Positions 1-13,386 of a stretch of DNA of 64,000 nucleotides are shown here, in pieces; within the stretch, counting starts at the first letter, position 1; every line of letters starts with the position of its first letter. Source of the DNA: Sulfuritalea sp. (GTDB lineage Bacteria; Pseudomonadota; Gammaproteobacteria; Burkholderiales; Rhodocyclaceae). The notes under the pieces were generated by a model. It saw nothing but the letters and a program-made list of their open reading frames with translations, made no database searches and was not told the origin of the DNA. Location of the stretch: NCBI GenBank assembly GCA_030680805.1, contig JAUXUK010000059.1, forward strand, positions 13,336 through 77,335, written 5' to 3'. The position numbers and the translations under genes are program-made.

Positions 1-392
1 TCCACGCGCAACTCGATTCGCATATCGGCGGGCGGCAAATACGGTGCGGCCTTGTCGGTCCATTCGACCAGACAAATTCCGCTACCTGAAAAATATTCGT
101 CGAGCCCTGCATCGAGATATTCTTCCGCCTGATTGAATCTATAAAAATCAAAGTGATAGAAGTTTAATCCAGAAACCACGTGAACTTCAACCAGTGTGTA
201 AGTGGGGCTTTTTACCGGACCGCTGTCGCCCGCCGCGCGCAACAGTCCACGCACCAGCGTGGTCTTGCCGGCGCCGAGGTCGCCGTCGAGCCAGACCACC
301 ATGCCCGGCGCAAGGTTCCGGGCCATGGCACTGCCCAATGCCAGGGTATCGGCTTCGCTCGGCAAGGCTATCGTAAGATGGTCGGCATGCAT
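1..392 (-). CDS. tsaE: tRNA threonylcarbamoyladenosine biosynthesis ATPase TsaE (3' end beyond window)
   Basis: Manual translation (not in ORF track): MHADHLTIAL...WLDGDLGAGKTTLVRG...VKSPTYTLVE...YHFDFYR...LVEW, with TsaE P-loop and SPTY motifs. Confidence 0.93.
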   Translation of the reverse strand, partial: MHADHLTIALPSEADTLALGSAMARNLAPGMVVWLDGDLGAGKTTLVRGLLRAAGDSGPVKSPTYTLVEVHVVSGLNFYHFDFYRFNQAEEYLDAGLDEYFSGSGICLVEWTDKAAPYLPPADMRIELRV

Positions 393-1460
393 GGCAATGA
401 AGAAAATTCGGCGGCGTTGAAGGAGGACATACGGCGCTGGGGCCGCGAACTAGGCTTTGATGCGATCGGCTTTTCCGGCATCCGGCTCGACGGCGCCGAA
501 GAAAGCCTGGACGCCTGGCTCGCGGCCGGCTTTCATGGCGAAATGGATTATATGGCGGCCCACGTCACGCCAGCGGGAAACAAGCGCGCACTGCCGACCG
601 AACTGGTGCCGGGTACCCGCAGCATCATCACCGCGCGCATCAATTACCGCAGCGTCAGCGCCGACTCCGGGGAAACTCTCGCCGATGGACGGCGCGCATT
701 CATTTCGCGCTACGCGCTGGGCCGCGACTACCACAAGCTGTTGCGCGGGCGACTCCAGAAACTCGCCGACCGGATCACTGCCGAGGTCGGCGAGTTCGCC
801 TACCGGGTGTTCACCGATTCCGCGCCGGTGATGGAAGTCGGCCACGCGCAGAACAGCGGCCTGGGCTGGCGCGGCAAGCACACCCTGCTGCTCGACCGCG
901 ACGCGGGTTCGTATTTCTTCCTTGGCGAGATATTCACCGATCTGCCGCTGGCGCCGGATACGCCGGTCACCGATCATTGCGGCACGTGCACCGCCTGCAT
1001 CGACGCCTGCCCGACGCAGGCCATCGTCGCCCCGTATCAAGTCGACGCGAGACTGTGCGTTTCCTACCTCACGATCGAGCTCAAGAGCGACATTCCGGAG
1101 GCCTTGCGCCCATTGATGGGCAACCGCATTTACGGCTGCGACGATTGCCAACTGGCCTGTCCGTGGAACCGCTTTGCGCTGCTGACCCGGGAGGCCGATT
1201 TCGCGCCCCGCCACGGGCTGGACCAGGCGATGCTGGTGGAACTCTTCGCCTGGGAAGAAAACGCTTTCAACGAAAGGCTGGCCGGTTCGCCGATCCGGCG
1301 CATCGGCTTTGAGCGCTGGCTGCGCAACATCGCCGTGGCGCTGGGCAATGCGCCATCGAGCGAAGAAGTGATTACCGCGCTGCGCTCACGCGCCGATCAT
1401 TCCTCGGCGCTGGTACGCGAATATGTGGCGTGGGCACTGTACAGATTGGACCGTGGATGA
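387..1460 (+). CDS. queG: Epoxyqueuosine reductase QueG
   Basis: SRYALGRDYH, CGTCTACIDACP and IYGCDDCQLACPWN Fe-S motifs; start codon uncertain. Confidence 0.93.
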   Translation: MHGNEENSAALKEDIRRWGRELGFDAIGFSGIRLDGAEESLDAWLAAGFHGEMDYMAAHVTPAGNKRALPTELVPGTRSIITARINYRSVSADSGETLADGRRAFISRYALGRDYHKLLRGRLQKLADRITAEVGEFAYRVFTDSAPVMEVGHAQNSGLGWRGKHTLLLDRDAGSYFFLGEIFTDLPLAPDTPVTDHCGTCTACIDACPTQAIVAPYQVDARLCVSYLTIELKSDIPEALRPLMGNRIYGCDDCQLACPWNRFALLTREADFAPRHGLDQAMLVELFAWEENAFNERLAGSPIRRIGFERWLRNIAVALGNAPSSEEVITALRSRADHSSALVREYVAWALYRLDRG

Positions 1461-1468
1461 AAAACTTT

Positions 1469-1573
1469 ACCGCAGAGACGCAGAGGCGCGGAGGAAACGC
1501 AGAGGAAAGCAAAATCAATTTGTCGTTGCTTTTCTCTGCGTGGTTTTTCTCTGCGCCTCTGCGCCTCTGCGGT
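1469..1573. repeat. Nested palindromic element built from CGCAGAG units
   Basis: ACCGCAGAGACGCAGAGGCGCGGAG (1469) vs CTCTGCGCCTCTGCGCCTCTGCGGT (ending 1573), plus an inner stem. Confidence 0.85.
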
Positions 1574-1590
1574 TGGCTTGCTGCTCTTTG

Positions 1591-2444
<854 letters not shown>

Positions 2445-2448
<4 letters not shown>

Positions 2449-2798
2449 TCGCCCGTCTCGGCAAGCCAGGCGCGCGCCTCGGCCTCATCCTCAAACACCG
2501 TCACGTCGGCATTGACGAACAGTTGCTCCAGCCACGCGCTCCAGGCCACCCACTGGCTGTCGGTGATTACCGCGATGCGCCTGAAGTCACCCGCGTGCTG
2601 CTGGGAAAAACGAATCTCTTCCCAGACCACGTCCAGCGTGAAGTCGGCCATGTCGCGCAGATCGACCAGCAGATTCACCGGCCCCGAGAAGTTGATCTCG
2701 TGAAGGACCAGTGCCTCGAATTCCTTGAAGTCGGCCAGGGTGAATTCGCCAAACACGGCGAATTCGACCAGATGGTCCTTGTTTTGTGTGGTGATCAT
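2445..2798 (-). CDS. SpoIIAA-like (STAS/SEC14) domain protein
   Basis: LLVDL..., RIAVITD..W and C-terminal EARAWL pattern. Confidence 0.75.
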
Positions 2799-2887
2799 GC
2801 TGTACCTCTCAAGAGTCAGTGTCAGCGGGGATCATATCTCGTGCAACAAGTCATTTGCTTGTCTCCGCACCGAAAATTCCCGACCAC

Positions 2888-2915
2888 AAATACAAAGGGC
2901 CCGCACTGCGGGCCC
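2888..2915 (-). terminator. Intrinsic terminator of the HU gene
   Basis: GGGCCCGCA-C-TGCGGGCCC hairpin with a T-rich tail on the - strand. Confidence 0.7.
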
Positions 2916-2938
2916 CTGCAGGCGAATAGCAGCCGCGC

Positions 2939-3229
2939 TTACTTCTTGGCTTTCTTGCCCGAAACCGCCAGCTTGAAACCCGAACCCGCGCTGAACTTCG
3001 GCACGGTGGTGGCGGGGATCTTGATGGTGGCGCCGGTCTTCGGATTCTTGCCGGTGCGCGCAGCGCGCTTGGCCGACTTGAAGGTGCCGAAACCAACGAG
3101 GGTAACGTTATCCCCTTTCGAAACCGCCTTCACAACTGCTGCCATGATTCCATCCAGCGCCTTGCCTGCGGCAGCCTTGCTAATGTCGGCTTCCTTGGCG
3201 GCGATTTCAATCAGCTCTGCCTTGTTCAT
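2939..3229 (-). CDS. hup: HU family DNA-binding protein
   Basis: MNKAELI...LVGFGTF...GKNPKTG...PKFSAG; AGGAGG RBS upstream. Confidence 0.95.
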   Translation of the reverse strand: MNKAELIEIAAKEADISKAAAGKALDGIMAAVVKAVSKGDNVTLVGFGTFKSAKRAARTGKNPKTGATIKIPATTVPKFSAGSGFKLAVSGKKAKK

Positions 3230-3310
3230 ACCTGTCATTCCTCCTGAGTTAAGAGGGCATCCCGCCCAAAAAATATTCTAAACCCGATACCCGGCCCCTG
3301 TGCAAGGTAT

Positions 3311-4411
3311 TTATTCACGCGGCGCCCGGGCTGTTGCAATCACGCCGCCGCCCAGGCAAACCCTGGACTCGTAAAGCACCAGCGATTGTCCTGGCGTCAC
3401 CGCCCATTGCGGAGCAGCAAAGATCACTTCACACTCCTCACCCGAAATCCGCTCGACTTCGCAGGCAGCGTCCGGCTGGCGGTAACGCGTTTTCGCCGCA
3501 TAGACCCAGTGCGTGTGCGGCGCGCGTCCCGCCACCCAGGACAGGTCTTTCGCCACCAGGCTGCCCGAGAGCAGGGCCGGATGTTCATGCCCCTGCACCA
3601 CCCACAGGATATTCCTCTCCATGTCCTTGGCGGCGACGAACCAGGGCTCCTCCGGCGCGCCCTTGACGCCGCCGATGCCGAGACCCTCGCGCTGGCCCAG
3701 TGTGTAATAACTCAGGCCCTCGTGACGACCCACCACTCGATCGGTGCCGAGCACGCGGATCTCGCCCGGTTGCTTCGGCAGGTAGCGCGCCAGAAATTCG
3801 CGGAAGGGCCTTTCGCCGATGAAACAGATGCCGGTGGAATCCTTGCGTGCATGATTCGGCAGGCCGGCCTCTTCGGCGATCCTGCGCACGTCGCGCTTGT
3901 ACAGATGGCCGACCGGGAACAGCGTCTTCGCCAATTGCGCCTGGTTCAGGCGATGCAGGAAATAGCTCTGGTCCTTGGTGCCGTCTTCGGCCTTGAGCAA
4001 CTGCCACTCGCCGAGAAACTCGCGCACCTGCGCGTAGTGGCCGGTGGCAATCTTGTCGGCGCCGAGCGCAATGGCGTGATCGAGAAAAGCCTTGAACTTG
4101 ATTTCCGAATTGCACAGCACGTCCGGGTTCGGCGTGCGCCCGGCCTGATACTCGCGCAGGAAATCGGCGAATACCCGCTCGCGGTATTCGGCGGCAAAAT
4201 TGACCGCTTCGAAATCGATGCCGATCACATCGGCGGCAGCCGCAGCGGCGACCAGGTCCTCGTTCGAGGAACAGTATTCGTCGGTATCGTCGCCTTCCCA
4301 GTTCTTCATGAACAGGCCGATCACTTCGTAACCCTCGCGCTTGAGCAGCAGTGCCGCGACCGACGAATCGACGCCGCCCGACAATCCGACAATGATTTTT
4401 CCCCTGGACAT
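3311..4411 (-). CDS. mnmA: tRNA 2-thiouridylase MnmA
   Basis: SGGVDS PP-loop, [23 protein letters not shown]. Confidence 0.97.
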   Translation of the reverse strand: MSRGKIIVGLSGGVDSSVAALLLKREGYEVIGLFMKNWEGDDTDEYCSSNEDLVAAAAAADVIGIDFEAVNFAAEYRERVFADFLREYQAGRTPNPDVLCNSEIKFKAFLDHAIALGADKIATGHYAQVREFLGEWQLLKAEDGTKDQSYFLHRLNQAQLAKTLFPVGHLYKRDVRRIAEEAGLPNHARKDSTGICFIGERPFREFLARYLPKQPGEIRVLGTDRVVGRHEGLSYYTLGQREGLGIGGVKGAPEEPWFVAAKDMERNILWVVQGHEHPALLSGSLVAKDLSWVAGRAPHTHWVYAAKTRYRQPDAACEVERISGEECEVIFAAPQWAVTPGQSLVLYESRVCLGGGVIATARAPRE

Positions 4412-4416
4412 GGCTG

Positions 4417-4869
4417 TCAGTCGTAGTGCCTCAAAAGTTCAAGCGAAAAACGCCGCCCGGCGAGGTAGTCGGTCACGCACTGCCACACCAGCGGGCTGCG
4501 ATGGCGCTCCGCGTTGGCGCGAATCTCGTCGGCCGTCATCCACACGGCGCGCTGGATGCCTGCATCCAGGGTGCGGCCCGCATCGTGCTCACCCAGCTCG
4601 CCGGAAAAGGCAAAGCGCAGATAGGTAATGTCGCCCTGTGGCCGGGGCCATTGATAGATGCCCACCAGCGCGGTCGGCGTAAATCTCCACGCGGTCTCCT
4701 CCAGCGCCTCGCGGGCACACGCAGCGACCAGTGATTCGCCCTCGTCGAGGTGGCCCGCGGGCTGGTTGAAGCGCAAGCCGTCCTCGGTTTCCTCTTCCAC
4801 CAGAAGAAAGTGACCCTCGCGCTCGATCAGCGCAGCGACGGTGACATTGGGTTTCCAGATGCGATTCAT
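4417..4869 (-). CDS. nudJ: NUDIX hydrolase (NudJ-like)
   Basis: [22 protein letters not shown] Nudix box; lies upstream of mnmA. Confidence 0.85.
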   Translation of the reverse strand: MNRIWKPNVTVAALIEREGHFLLVEEETEDGLRFNQPAGHLDEGESLVAACAREALEETAWRFTPTALVGIYQWPRPQGDITYLRFAFSGELGEHDAGRTLDAGIQRAVWMTADEIRANAERHRSPLVWQCVTDYLAGRRFSLELLRHYD

Positions 4870-4891
4870 GACCGCATTTTAGCGCCCCTGT

Positions 4892-5118
4892 TAACGCTCA
4901 TGGCACCAAGCGCCACCCGCCGAAGGTGAAACACGCGAAACGCGAAATGGTCGCCCGCCCCCCTTCCGCTGCGCGGCCCACGGCTGGCTTTGCACAGCCA
5001 GCCGGCTGCGGCGGCGCGACGCATGCGTCGCGAATTCCCGCCTCGCCCCTCCCGGGGGGTTACCAGTCGGCGCGCTGCGCGCATCCATTACCAGAGGCTT
5101 CGAACAAGGTGTTTCACG
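4892..5118 (-). repeat. Dispersed intergenic repeat, copy A (227 bp)
   Basis: Reverse complement aligns end to end with 43449-43597 apart from a ~78 bp hairpin-rich insert. Confidence 0.85.
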
Positions 5119-5160
5119 TTAAAATCACGCTTTCACTCACCGCAATGCTGGAGACCCACC

Positions 5161-6081
5161 ATGTCCATGGCCGACCGTGACGGCTTCATCTGGTACGACG
5201 GCAAGCTCGTGCCCTGGCGCGATGCCACCACCCACGTGCTGACGCACTCGCTGCACTACGGCCTCGCCGTGTTCGAAGGCGTGCGCGCTTACAAGACGGT
5301 TTCCGGCACCGCCATCTTCAGGTTGAAAGAGCACACCGACCGGCTGTTCAACTCGGCGCACATCTACCGCATGCCCATGCCCTACGACAAGGCGACGCTG
5401 ATCGAAGCGCACAAGGAAGTCGTGCGCAGCAACAAGCTCGACTCCTGCTACCTGCGGCCGATCGCCTTTTACGGTTCGGAAAAGATGGGCGTCAGCCCCC
5501 GTGGCGCGGCCACGCACGTCTCGATCGCGGCCTGGCCCTGGGGCGCCTATCTCGGCGAGGAAGGCCTGGAAAAGGGTATCCGCGTCAAGACCTCGAGCTA
5601 CTCGCGTCATCACGTGAATGTGAATATGGCGCGCGCCAAGTTCGCCGGCACCTACGCCAACTCGATCCTGGCCAATATGGAAGCCACCGATGACGGCTAT
5701 GACGAAGCCCTGCTGCTCGACGTCGACGGCTTCGTCGCCGAAGGCGCGGGCGAGAACCTGTTCGTGATCAAGGACGGCGTGATCTACGAACCCGAAATCG
5801 CTTCGGCGCTGATGGGCATCACCCGCAATACGGTGATCACGCTGGCGGCGGAACTCGGCTACAAGGTGATCTCCAGGCGCCTGACGCGCGACGACATCTA
5901 CATCGCCGACGAGGCCTTCTTCACCGGCACGGCGGCAGAAGTGACGCCTATCCGCGAACTCGACAACCGCACCATCGGTGCCGGCGCGCGGGGCCCGATC
6001 ACGACCAAGATCCAGAGCCTGTTCTTCGACGTGGTGAACGGCAAAGTGCCGGCCCATGCCGACTGGCTGAGCTACGTTTAA
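5161..6081 (+). CDS. ilvE: Branched-chain amino acid aminotransferase
   Basis: LHYGLAVFEG, AK..GTY.NS, EGAGENLF, FFTGTAAEV. Confidence 0.96.
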   Translation: MSMADRDGFIWYDGKLVPWRDATTHVLTHSLHYGLAVFEGVRAYKTVSGTAIFRLKEHTDRLFNSAHIYRMPMPYDKATLIEAHKEVVRSNKLDSCYLRPIAFYGSEKMGVSPRGAATHVSIAAWPWGAYLGEEGLEKGIRVKTSSYSRHHVNVNMARAKFAGTYANSILANMEATDDGYDEALLLDVDGFVAEGAGENLFVIKDGVIYEPEIASALMGITRNTVITLAAELGYKVISRRLTRDDIYIADEAFFTGTAAEVTPIRELDNRTIGAGARGPITTKIQSLFFDVVNGKVPAHADWLSYV

Positions 6082-6100
6082 CACTGCCCTGAGGTTGAAC

Positions 6101-6307
6101 ATGTCCACTCTCGACGAATCGCAACGCCAGGTTGCCATTACCGCCCATGATCTGCCGCTGGCCTGTCCACGCCCCGGCGCGCCGCTGTGGGCCCGCCATC
6201 CGCGCGTCTTCATCGACGTGCTGAAGAGCGAGTCGGGTGAGGCCGCCTGCCCTTACTGCGGCACGCAGTACCGCTTCGAAGGCGAGCGCCCCAAGGGTCA
6301 CCATTAA
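6101..6307 (+). CDS. zf-CHCC-type zinc-finger protein
   Basis: CP...HPRVF...CPYCG. Confidence 0.85.
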   Translation: MSTLDESQRQVAITAHDLPLACPRPGAPLWARHPRVFIDVLKSESGEAACPYCGTQYRFEGERPKGHH

Positions 6308-6339
6308 ATCTCGTTGCAAGATCTAGTCGTTACCAAGCA

Positions 6340-7338
6340 ATGAAGATTCTTGTCGTCGCTCCGTCTTGGATCGGCGACACGATTCTCGCCCAGCCCCTGC
6401 TCGCGCTGCTCAAGCGCAAGCATCCGGACGCCCGCATCGACGTGCTGGCACCCGACTGGTCGGCGCCGCTGCTTTCGCGCATGGCCGAGGTCGATGCGGT
6501 CATCGTCAATCCCTTCGGTCACGGCGAGTTCAACTTCAGCGCGCGCCGCACACTGGGTCGCCGTCTCTCCAGCGCCGAGTTTTCACAGGCGTATGTCTTG
6601 CCGAACTCATGGAAGTCGGCACTGGTTCCCTTCTTCGCCCGCATTCCCCGCCGCATCGGCTATCAGGGCGAGAGTCGCTACCTGCTGCTGAACGAACGCC
6701 ATCGGCTCGACGTCGCCGCGCATCCGCAACTGGTGCAACGTTATGCCGCCCTGGCCGGGCCGCTGCCGGCGATCCTGCCACAAGCGCATCTGAACTCGAC
6801 GGTGGAACAGCAGCAAGCCGCGCGCCGTGCGCTGGACCTTCCCCTAGATGCCGCACCCGTGATCTTCTGCCCCGGCGCCGAATATGGTCCCGCAAAGCGC
6901 TGGCCGGCGCAGCACTTTGCCGCGCTGTCGCAGCTCATCGCAAGCCCGCGGAGTCCGGTATGGCTGGTGGGTTCGGCCAAGGATGCCGCGGTCGGCGACG
7001 AGATCGTGCGGGCCGCAGAAGGCGCGGCGCTCAACCTGTGCGGCCGCAGTTCACTGCAACAAGCCATCGATCTGATCGCCTCCGCGCGTTGCGTGGTGAG
7101 CAACGACTCCGGCCTGATGCACGTTGCCGCCGCGCTCGGGCGACCGCTGGTCGCGCTCTACGGCTCGTCGTCACCGGCATATACGCCGCCGCTGTCGCCA
7201 CGGGCGAAGATCGTTTCGCGAAACCTGCCCTGCAGTCCCTGCTTCAAGCGCGAGTGCCCGTTGGGGCATTTCGATTGCATGAACGGCATTGCGCCGCAAC
7301 AGGTGGCAGCCGACATTTCCTTGCAGCGTTCGATCTGA
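6340..7338 (+). CDS. waaF: LPS heptosyltransferase II
   Basis: PSWIGD, PNSWKSAL, CPGAEYGPAKRWP, NDSGLMH. Confidence 0.94.
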   Translation: MKILVVAPSWIGDTILAQPLLALLKRKHPDARIDVLAPDWSAPLLSRMAEVDAVIVNPFGHGEFNFSARRTLGRRLSSAEFSQAYVLPNSWKSALVPFFARIPRRIGYQGESRYLLLNERHRLDVAAHPQLVQRYAALAGPLPAILPQAHLNSTVEQQQAARRALDLPLDAAPVIFCPGAEYGPAKRWPAQHFAALSQLIASPRSPVWLVGSAKDAAVGDEIVRAAEGAALNLCGRSSLQQAIDLIASARCVVSNDSGLMHVAAALGRPLVALYGSSSPAYTPPLSPRAKIVSRNLPCSPCFKRECPLGHFDCMNGIAPQQVAADISLQRSI

Positions 7339-7340
7339 CC

Positions 7341-7766
7341 GTGCCCAACCAGAAGATTTTTGCCACGCCGCAGGACGTTGAAGCCGCGTTCTACGAAGCG
7401 CTCGAGCGCTGCGACATCGAGGCGATGATGGCCGTCTGGGCTGAAGACGAAGAAGTCGTCTGCGTACACCCGGGCGGGCCGCGCCTGGTGGGCTACACCA
7501 TGATTCGCGAGGCGTGGCAGCACATTTTCGTCAACGGCAGGAAGCTGCGCGTGCGCCTGTCGCAGCAAACGACGGTGACCACGCCCTTCGCCATGGTCAG
7601 CACCCTGCTCGAGCACATTGCCACCGTCGACAATGAAAATGTGACCGCGCCGGTGGCGGCCACCAACATCTATGTGCGCGGCGCGCTGGGCTGGCGCATG
7701 GTCGCTCACCACGCATCGCCGGTGCCGCCTGACAGCATAGGCGAAGCGCCGCGCATCCTGCACTGA
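7341..7766 (+). CDS. NTF2/SnoaL-like domain protein
   Basis: FYEALE...CVHPG...ATNIY...WRMVAHHAS; GTG start. Confidence 0.85.
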   Translation: MPNQKIFATPQDVEAAFYEALERCDIEAMMAVWAEDEEVVCVHPGGPRLVGYTMIREAWQHIFVNGRKLRVRLSQQTTVTTPFAMVSTLLEHIATVDNENVTAPVAATNIYVRGALGWRMVAHHASPVPPDSIGEAPRILH

Positions 7767-7774
7767 ATCCGGCC

Positions 7775-8752
7775 GTGAAGACGCCTCGCTATCCGGCGCC
7801 GGTCTGGTTGCCCGGCGGCCATGCACAGACCATCTGGCCGCTGCTGATCAAGGGCCCGCTGCCGCGCTACCGGCGTGAGCGCTGGGACACGCCGGACGGC
7901 GACTTCATCGACCTCGACTGGATTGATGGCAAGCCCGGCACACCCTGCGTGGTGCTGTTCCACGGCCTCGAAGGAAGTTCGCGCAGCCATTATGCGCGGC
8001 GCCTGATGCACGCGGTGGAGCGCCGCGGCTGGCACGGCGTGGTGGTGCATTTTCGCGGCTGCTCGGGCGAGCCGAATCGCCTGCCGCGCGCCTACCATTC
8101 GGGCGACTCGCAGGAAATCGACTGGGTAGTGCGCCGCCTGCATGCGCGCGGCTATCCGGCACTGTTCGCCGCCGGCGTATCACTCGGCGGCAACGCGCTG
8201 CTGAAGTGGCTCGCCGAGCAAGGCGATCTGGCATCCGGCATCGTGAATGCGGCCGCAGCCGTGAGCGCGCCGCTGGACTTGGCGGCGGCCAACACCGCGC
8301 TGTCGTCGGGCTTCAACCTGGTCTATGCAAGGCACTTTTTGCGCACGCTGATTCCCGCCGCATTGGCCAAGGACCGCCTGTTTCCCGGCCGCATCGACGT
8401 CAGCCGTGTGAAGGCGGCGCGTACCCTGCGCGACTTCGACGATGCCGCCACCGCGCCGCTGCACGGCTTTCATGACGCCGACGACTATTACGCGCGGAGC
8501 AGCGCCGGGCCGCTGCTGGGTACGGTGCGAACGCCGACACTGCTGTTGAATGCGGCGAACGATCCCTTTCTGCCGCAGGCGGCATTGCCCCGGCGCGCCG
8601 CCTTGCCTGAAGCCGTGACCTTCGAAGTCCCGCAACATGGCGGCCACGTCGGCTTTGTGCACGGCACCCTGCCCGGCCGCATCGACTGGCTGCCGCTGCG
8701 CCTGCTGGCGCACTTCGACGCCCACCTGCCGCCGCAATTCAGCGTGCGATAA
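7775..8752 (+). CDS. YheT-family alpha/beta hydrolase
   Basis: GHAQT, HGLEGSS, GVSLGG nucleophile elbow, GGHVGF. Confidence 0.9.
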   Translation: MKTPRYPAPVWLPGGHAQTIWPLLIKGPLPRYRRERWDTPDGDFIDLDWIDGKPGTPCVVLFHGLEGSSRSHYARRLMHAVERRGWHGVVVHFRGCSGEPNRLPRAYHSGDSQEIDWVVRRLHARGYPALFAAGVSLGGNALLKWLAEQGDLASGIVNAAAAVSAPLDLAAANTALSSGFNLVYARHFLRTLIPAALAKDRLFPGRIDVSRVKAARTLRDFDDAATAPLHGFHDADDYYARSSAGPLLGTVRTPTLLLNAANDPFLPQAALPRRAALPEAVTFEVPQHGGHVGFVHGTLPGRIDWLPLRLLAHFDAHLPPQFSVR

Positions 8753-8782
8753 TCCTCGCCTCCAAATTTTCCGGCACCAGAA

Positions 8783-10177
8783 ATGCACACACCCGCACCC
8801 GAAATCTTCAAGGCCTACGACATTCGCGGCATCGTGCGCACCACGCTGACGGCAGAGACAGTGCGCCAGATCGGACTGGCACTCGGCAGCGAAGCCGTGG
8901 CGCGTGGCATCAAGTCGATTGTCATCGGCCGCGACGGCAGGCTTTCAGGCCCCGCGCTTGCCCGCGCCCTGGCCGAGGGGATTACGCAGACCGGCGTCGA
9001 CGTCATCGACATCGGCCGCGTGCCGACGCCGATGACCTACTTCGCCGCCCATGAACTGGGCACGGAAAGCTGCGTCTCGGTGACCGGCAGCCACAACCCG
9101 CCCGAATACAACGGCCTGAAAATGGTGCTGGGCGGGCAGACGCTGTATGGCGAGATGATCCAGGACCTGCGCCGCCGAATTGAGAAAAATGCGACCAGCG
9201 CCGAGTTTTGTACGGGCCGCGGCAAGGTGCGCCACGCCAGCGTGCGCCAGGCCTATCTCGATCGCATCGTCGGTGACGTCAGGCTGTCGCGGCCGATGAA
9301 GATCGTCATCGATTGCGGCAACGGCGTGGCCGGCAGCGTCGCGCCGGACCTGTTCCGCCGCATGGGTTGCAGCGTGACGGAACTGTATTGCGAAGTCGAT
9401 GGCAAATTCCCCAATCACCATCCGGACCCGTCCAAGCCAGAAAACCTGGTCGACCTGCAGCGCGTCGTACGCGAGCAGGATGCCGAACTGGGACTGGCCT
9501 TCGACGGCGACGGCGATCGGCTCGGCGTTGTCACCCGGGATGGCGAAATCATATTTCCCGACCGCCAGCTGATGTTGTTTGCCGCCGACGTGCTGAGTCG
9601 CAATCCCGGCGCCCAGATCATCTACGACGTGAAATGCTCGCGCTGGCTGGCGCAATCCATCCGCCATCAGGGCGGGCGGCCGTTGATGTGGAACACCGGG
9701 CACGCCCTGATCAAGACCAAGCTGAAGGAGACCGGCGCGCCGCTGGCCGGCGAGATGAGCGGCCACATGTTCTTCAAGGAGCGCTGGTTCGGCTTCGACG
9801 ACGCGCTCTACACCGGCGCCCGCCTGCTCGAGATCGTCTCGCGTTGGAAGGACGCCAACTGGCCCCTGAAGAATCTGCCCAACGCCATCTCGACGCCGGA
9901 ACTCAACATCAAGATGAATGAGGGTGAGCCCCATGCGCTGGTGGCGAAGCTGCGCCAGGATGCCAAGAAGCTGCTGCCCCTTGCGAGAGAACTGATCACC
10001 ATCGACGGCGTGCGCGCCGAGTATGCCGACGGCTTCGGTCTGGCGCGCGCGTCGAACACCACGCCGGTTGTGGTACTGCGCTTCGAGGCCGACACGCAGC
10101 CGGCGCTGGTTCGCATCAAGAACGAATTCAAGGCGGCGCTGACTGCCGCCTGGCCGGGAATTTCCACCGATTTCTGA
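8783..10177 (+). CDS. algC: Phosphomannomutase/phosphoglucomutase
   Basis: TGSHNP phosphoserine loop, FDGDGDR, GEMSGH, RASNT. Confidence 0.93.
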   Translation: MHTPAPEIFKAYDIRGIVRTTLTAETVRQIGLALGSEAVARGIKSIVIGRDGRLSGPALARALAEGITQTGVDVIDIGRVPTPMTYFAAHELGTESCVSVTGSHNPPEYNGLKMVLGGQTLYGEMIQDLRRRIEKNATSAEFCTGRGKVRHASVRQAYLDRIVGDVRLSRPMKIVIDCGNGVAGSVAPDLFRRMGCSVTELYCEVDGKFPNHHPDPSKPENLVDLQRVVREQDAELGLAFDGDGDRLGVVTRDGEIIFPDRQLMLFAADVLSRNPGAQIIYDVKCSRWLAQSIRHQGGRPLMWNTGHALIKTKLKETGAPLAGEMSGHMFFKERWFGFDDALYTGARLLEIVSRWKDANWPLKNLPNAISTPELNIKMNEGEPHALVAKLRQDAKKLLPLARELITIDGVRAEYADGFGLARASNTTPVVVLRFEADTQPALVRIKNEFKAALTAAWPGISTDF

Positions 10178-10204
10178 CGCTGCCCGACGAACCGGGCCAC
10201 CGAC

Positions 10205-12826
<2,622 letters not shown>

Positions 12827-12879
12827 GGCGGGGAATACAGGCTGGTACACGAAACGGCGATTTTACGCGAACAGGCCAT

Positions 12880-12906
12880 AAAAAAGCCCGCGCGGAGGCG
12901 GGCTTG
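12880..12906 (-). terminator. Intrinsic terminator
   Basis: AAGCCCGC...GCGGGCTT hairpin with an A6 run (U-tract on - strand). Confidence 0.7.
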
Positions 12907-12926
12907 GGTGAGGCGCGGCGGGCTTC

Positions 12927-13286
12927 TTACTTGTTCCTGCCCGGGCGATCCTTCTTGCCGTCGTGATTGCGATCATGCTGACGATCGTGCTTCTCGCGGG
13001 CGATCTTGCGGCTTTCGACGTTCTGCGCCTTTTCAATCCGGGCGCGCTCCTGCGGCGTCACCTTGCCGTCGGCCTTGGCTTTGTCTTCCATCTTCTGGAC
13101 GCGCTCCTGGCCCTTTTCAAGACGGGCGGCTTCCTTGCCGGTGAGCTCGCCGGACTTGACGCCCTGATCGATGCGCTGTTGCTGGTTGGCCTGACGCTGG
13201 TCGATATTGGGTGTGTTGGTTTGCGCCAGAACCGGGAGGGCAAAAGCGGCAAGAACAGCGACCAGCAAAGTGGATGTGCGTTTCAT
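12927..13286 (-). CDS. Secreted hypothetical protein (QxxRIxQGVxSGELT repeat type)
   Basis: Signal peptide ending VLA-Q; AAGGAG RBS; repeated helical motif. Confidence 0.8.
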   Translation of the reverse strand: MKRTSTLLVAVLAAFALPVLAQTNTPNIDQRQANQQQRIDQGVKSGELTGKEAARLEKGQERVQKMEDKAKADGKVTPQERARIEKAQNVESRKIAREKHDRQHDRNHDGKKDRPGRNK

Positions 13287-13386
13287 GTGTTGCTCCTTGT
13301 GTTCGAAATGGGACAGCCCCATGCGCAGAATAACGCCAGAGACAACCCGGCGCTGACAATCCAAATGTAAGCATCGGTAAGCAGGC

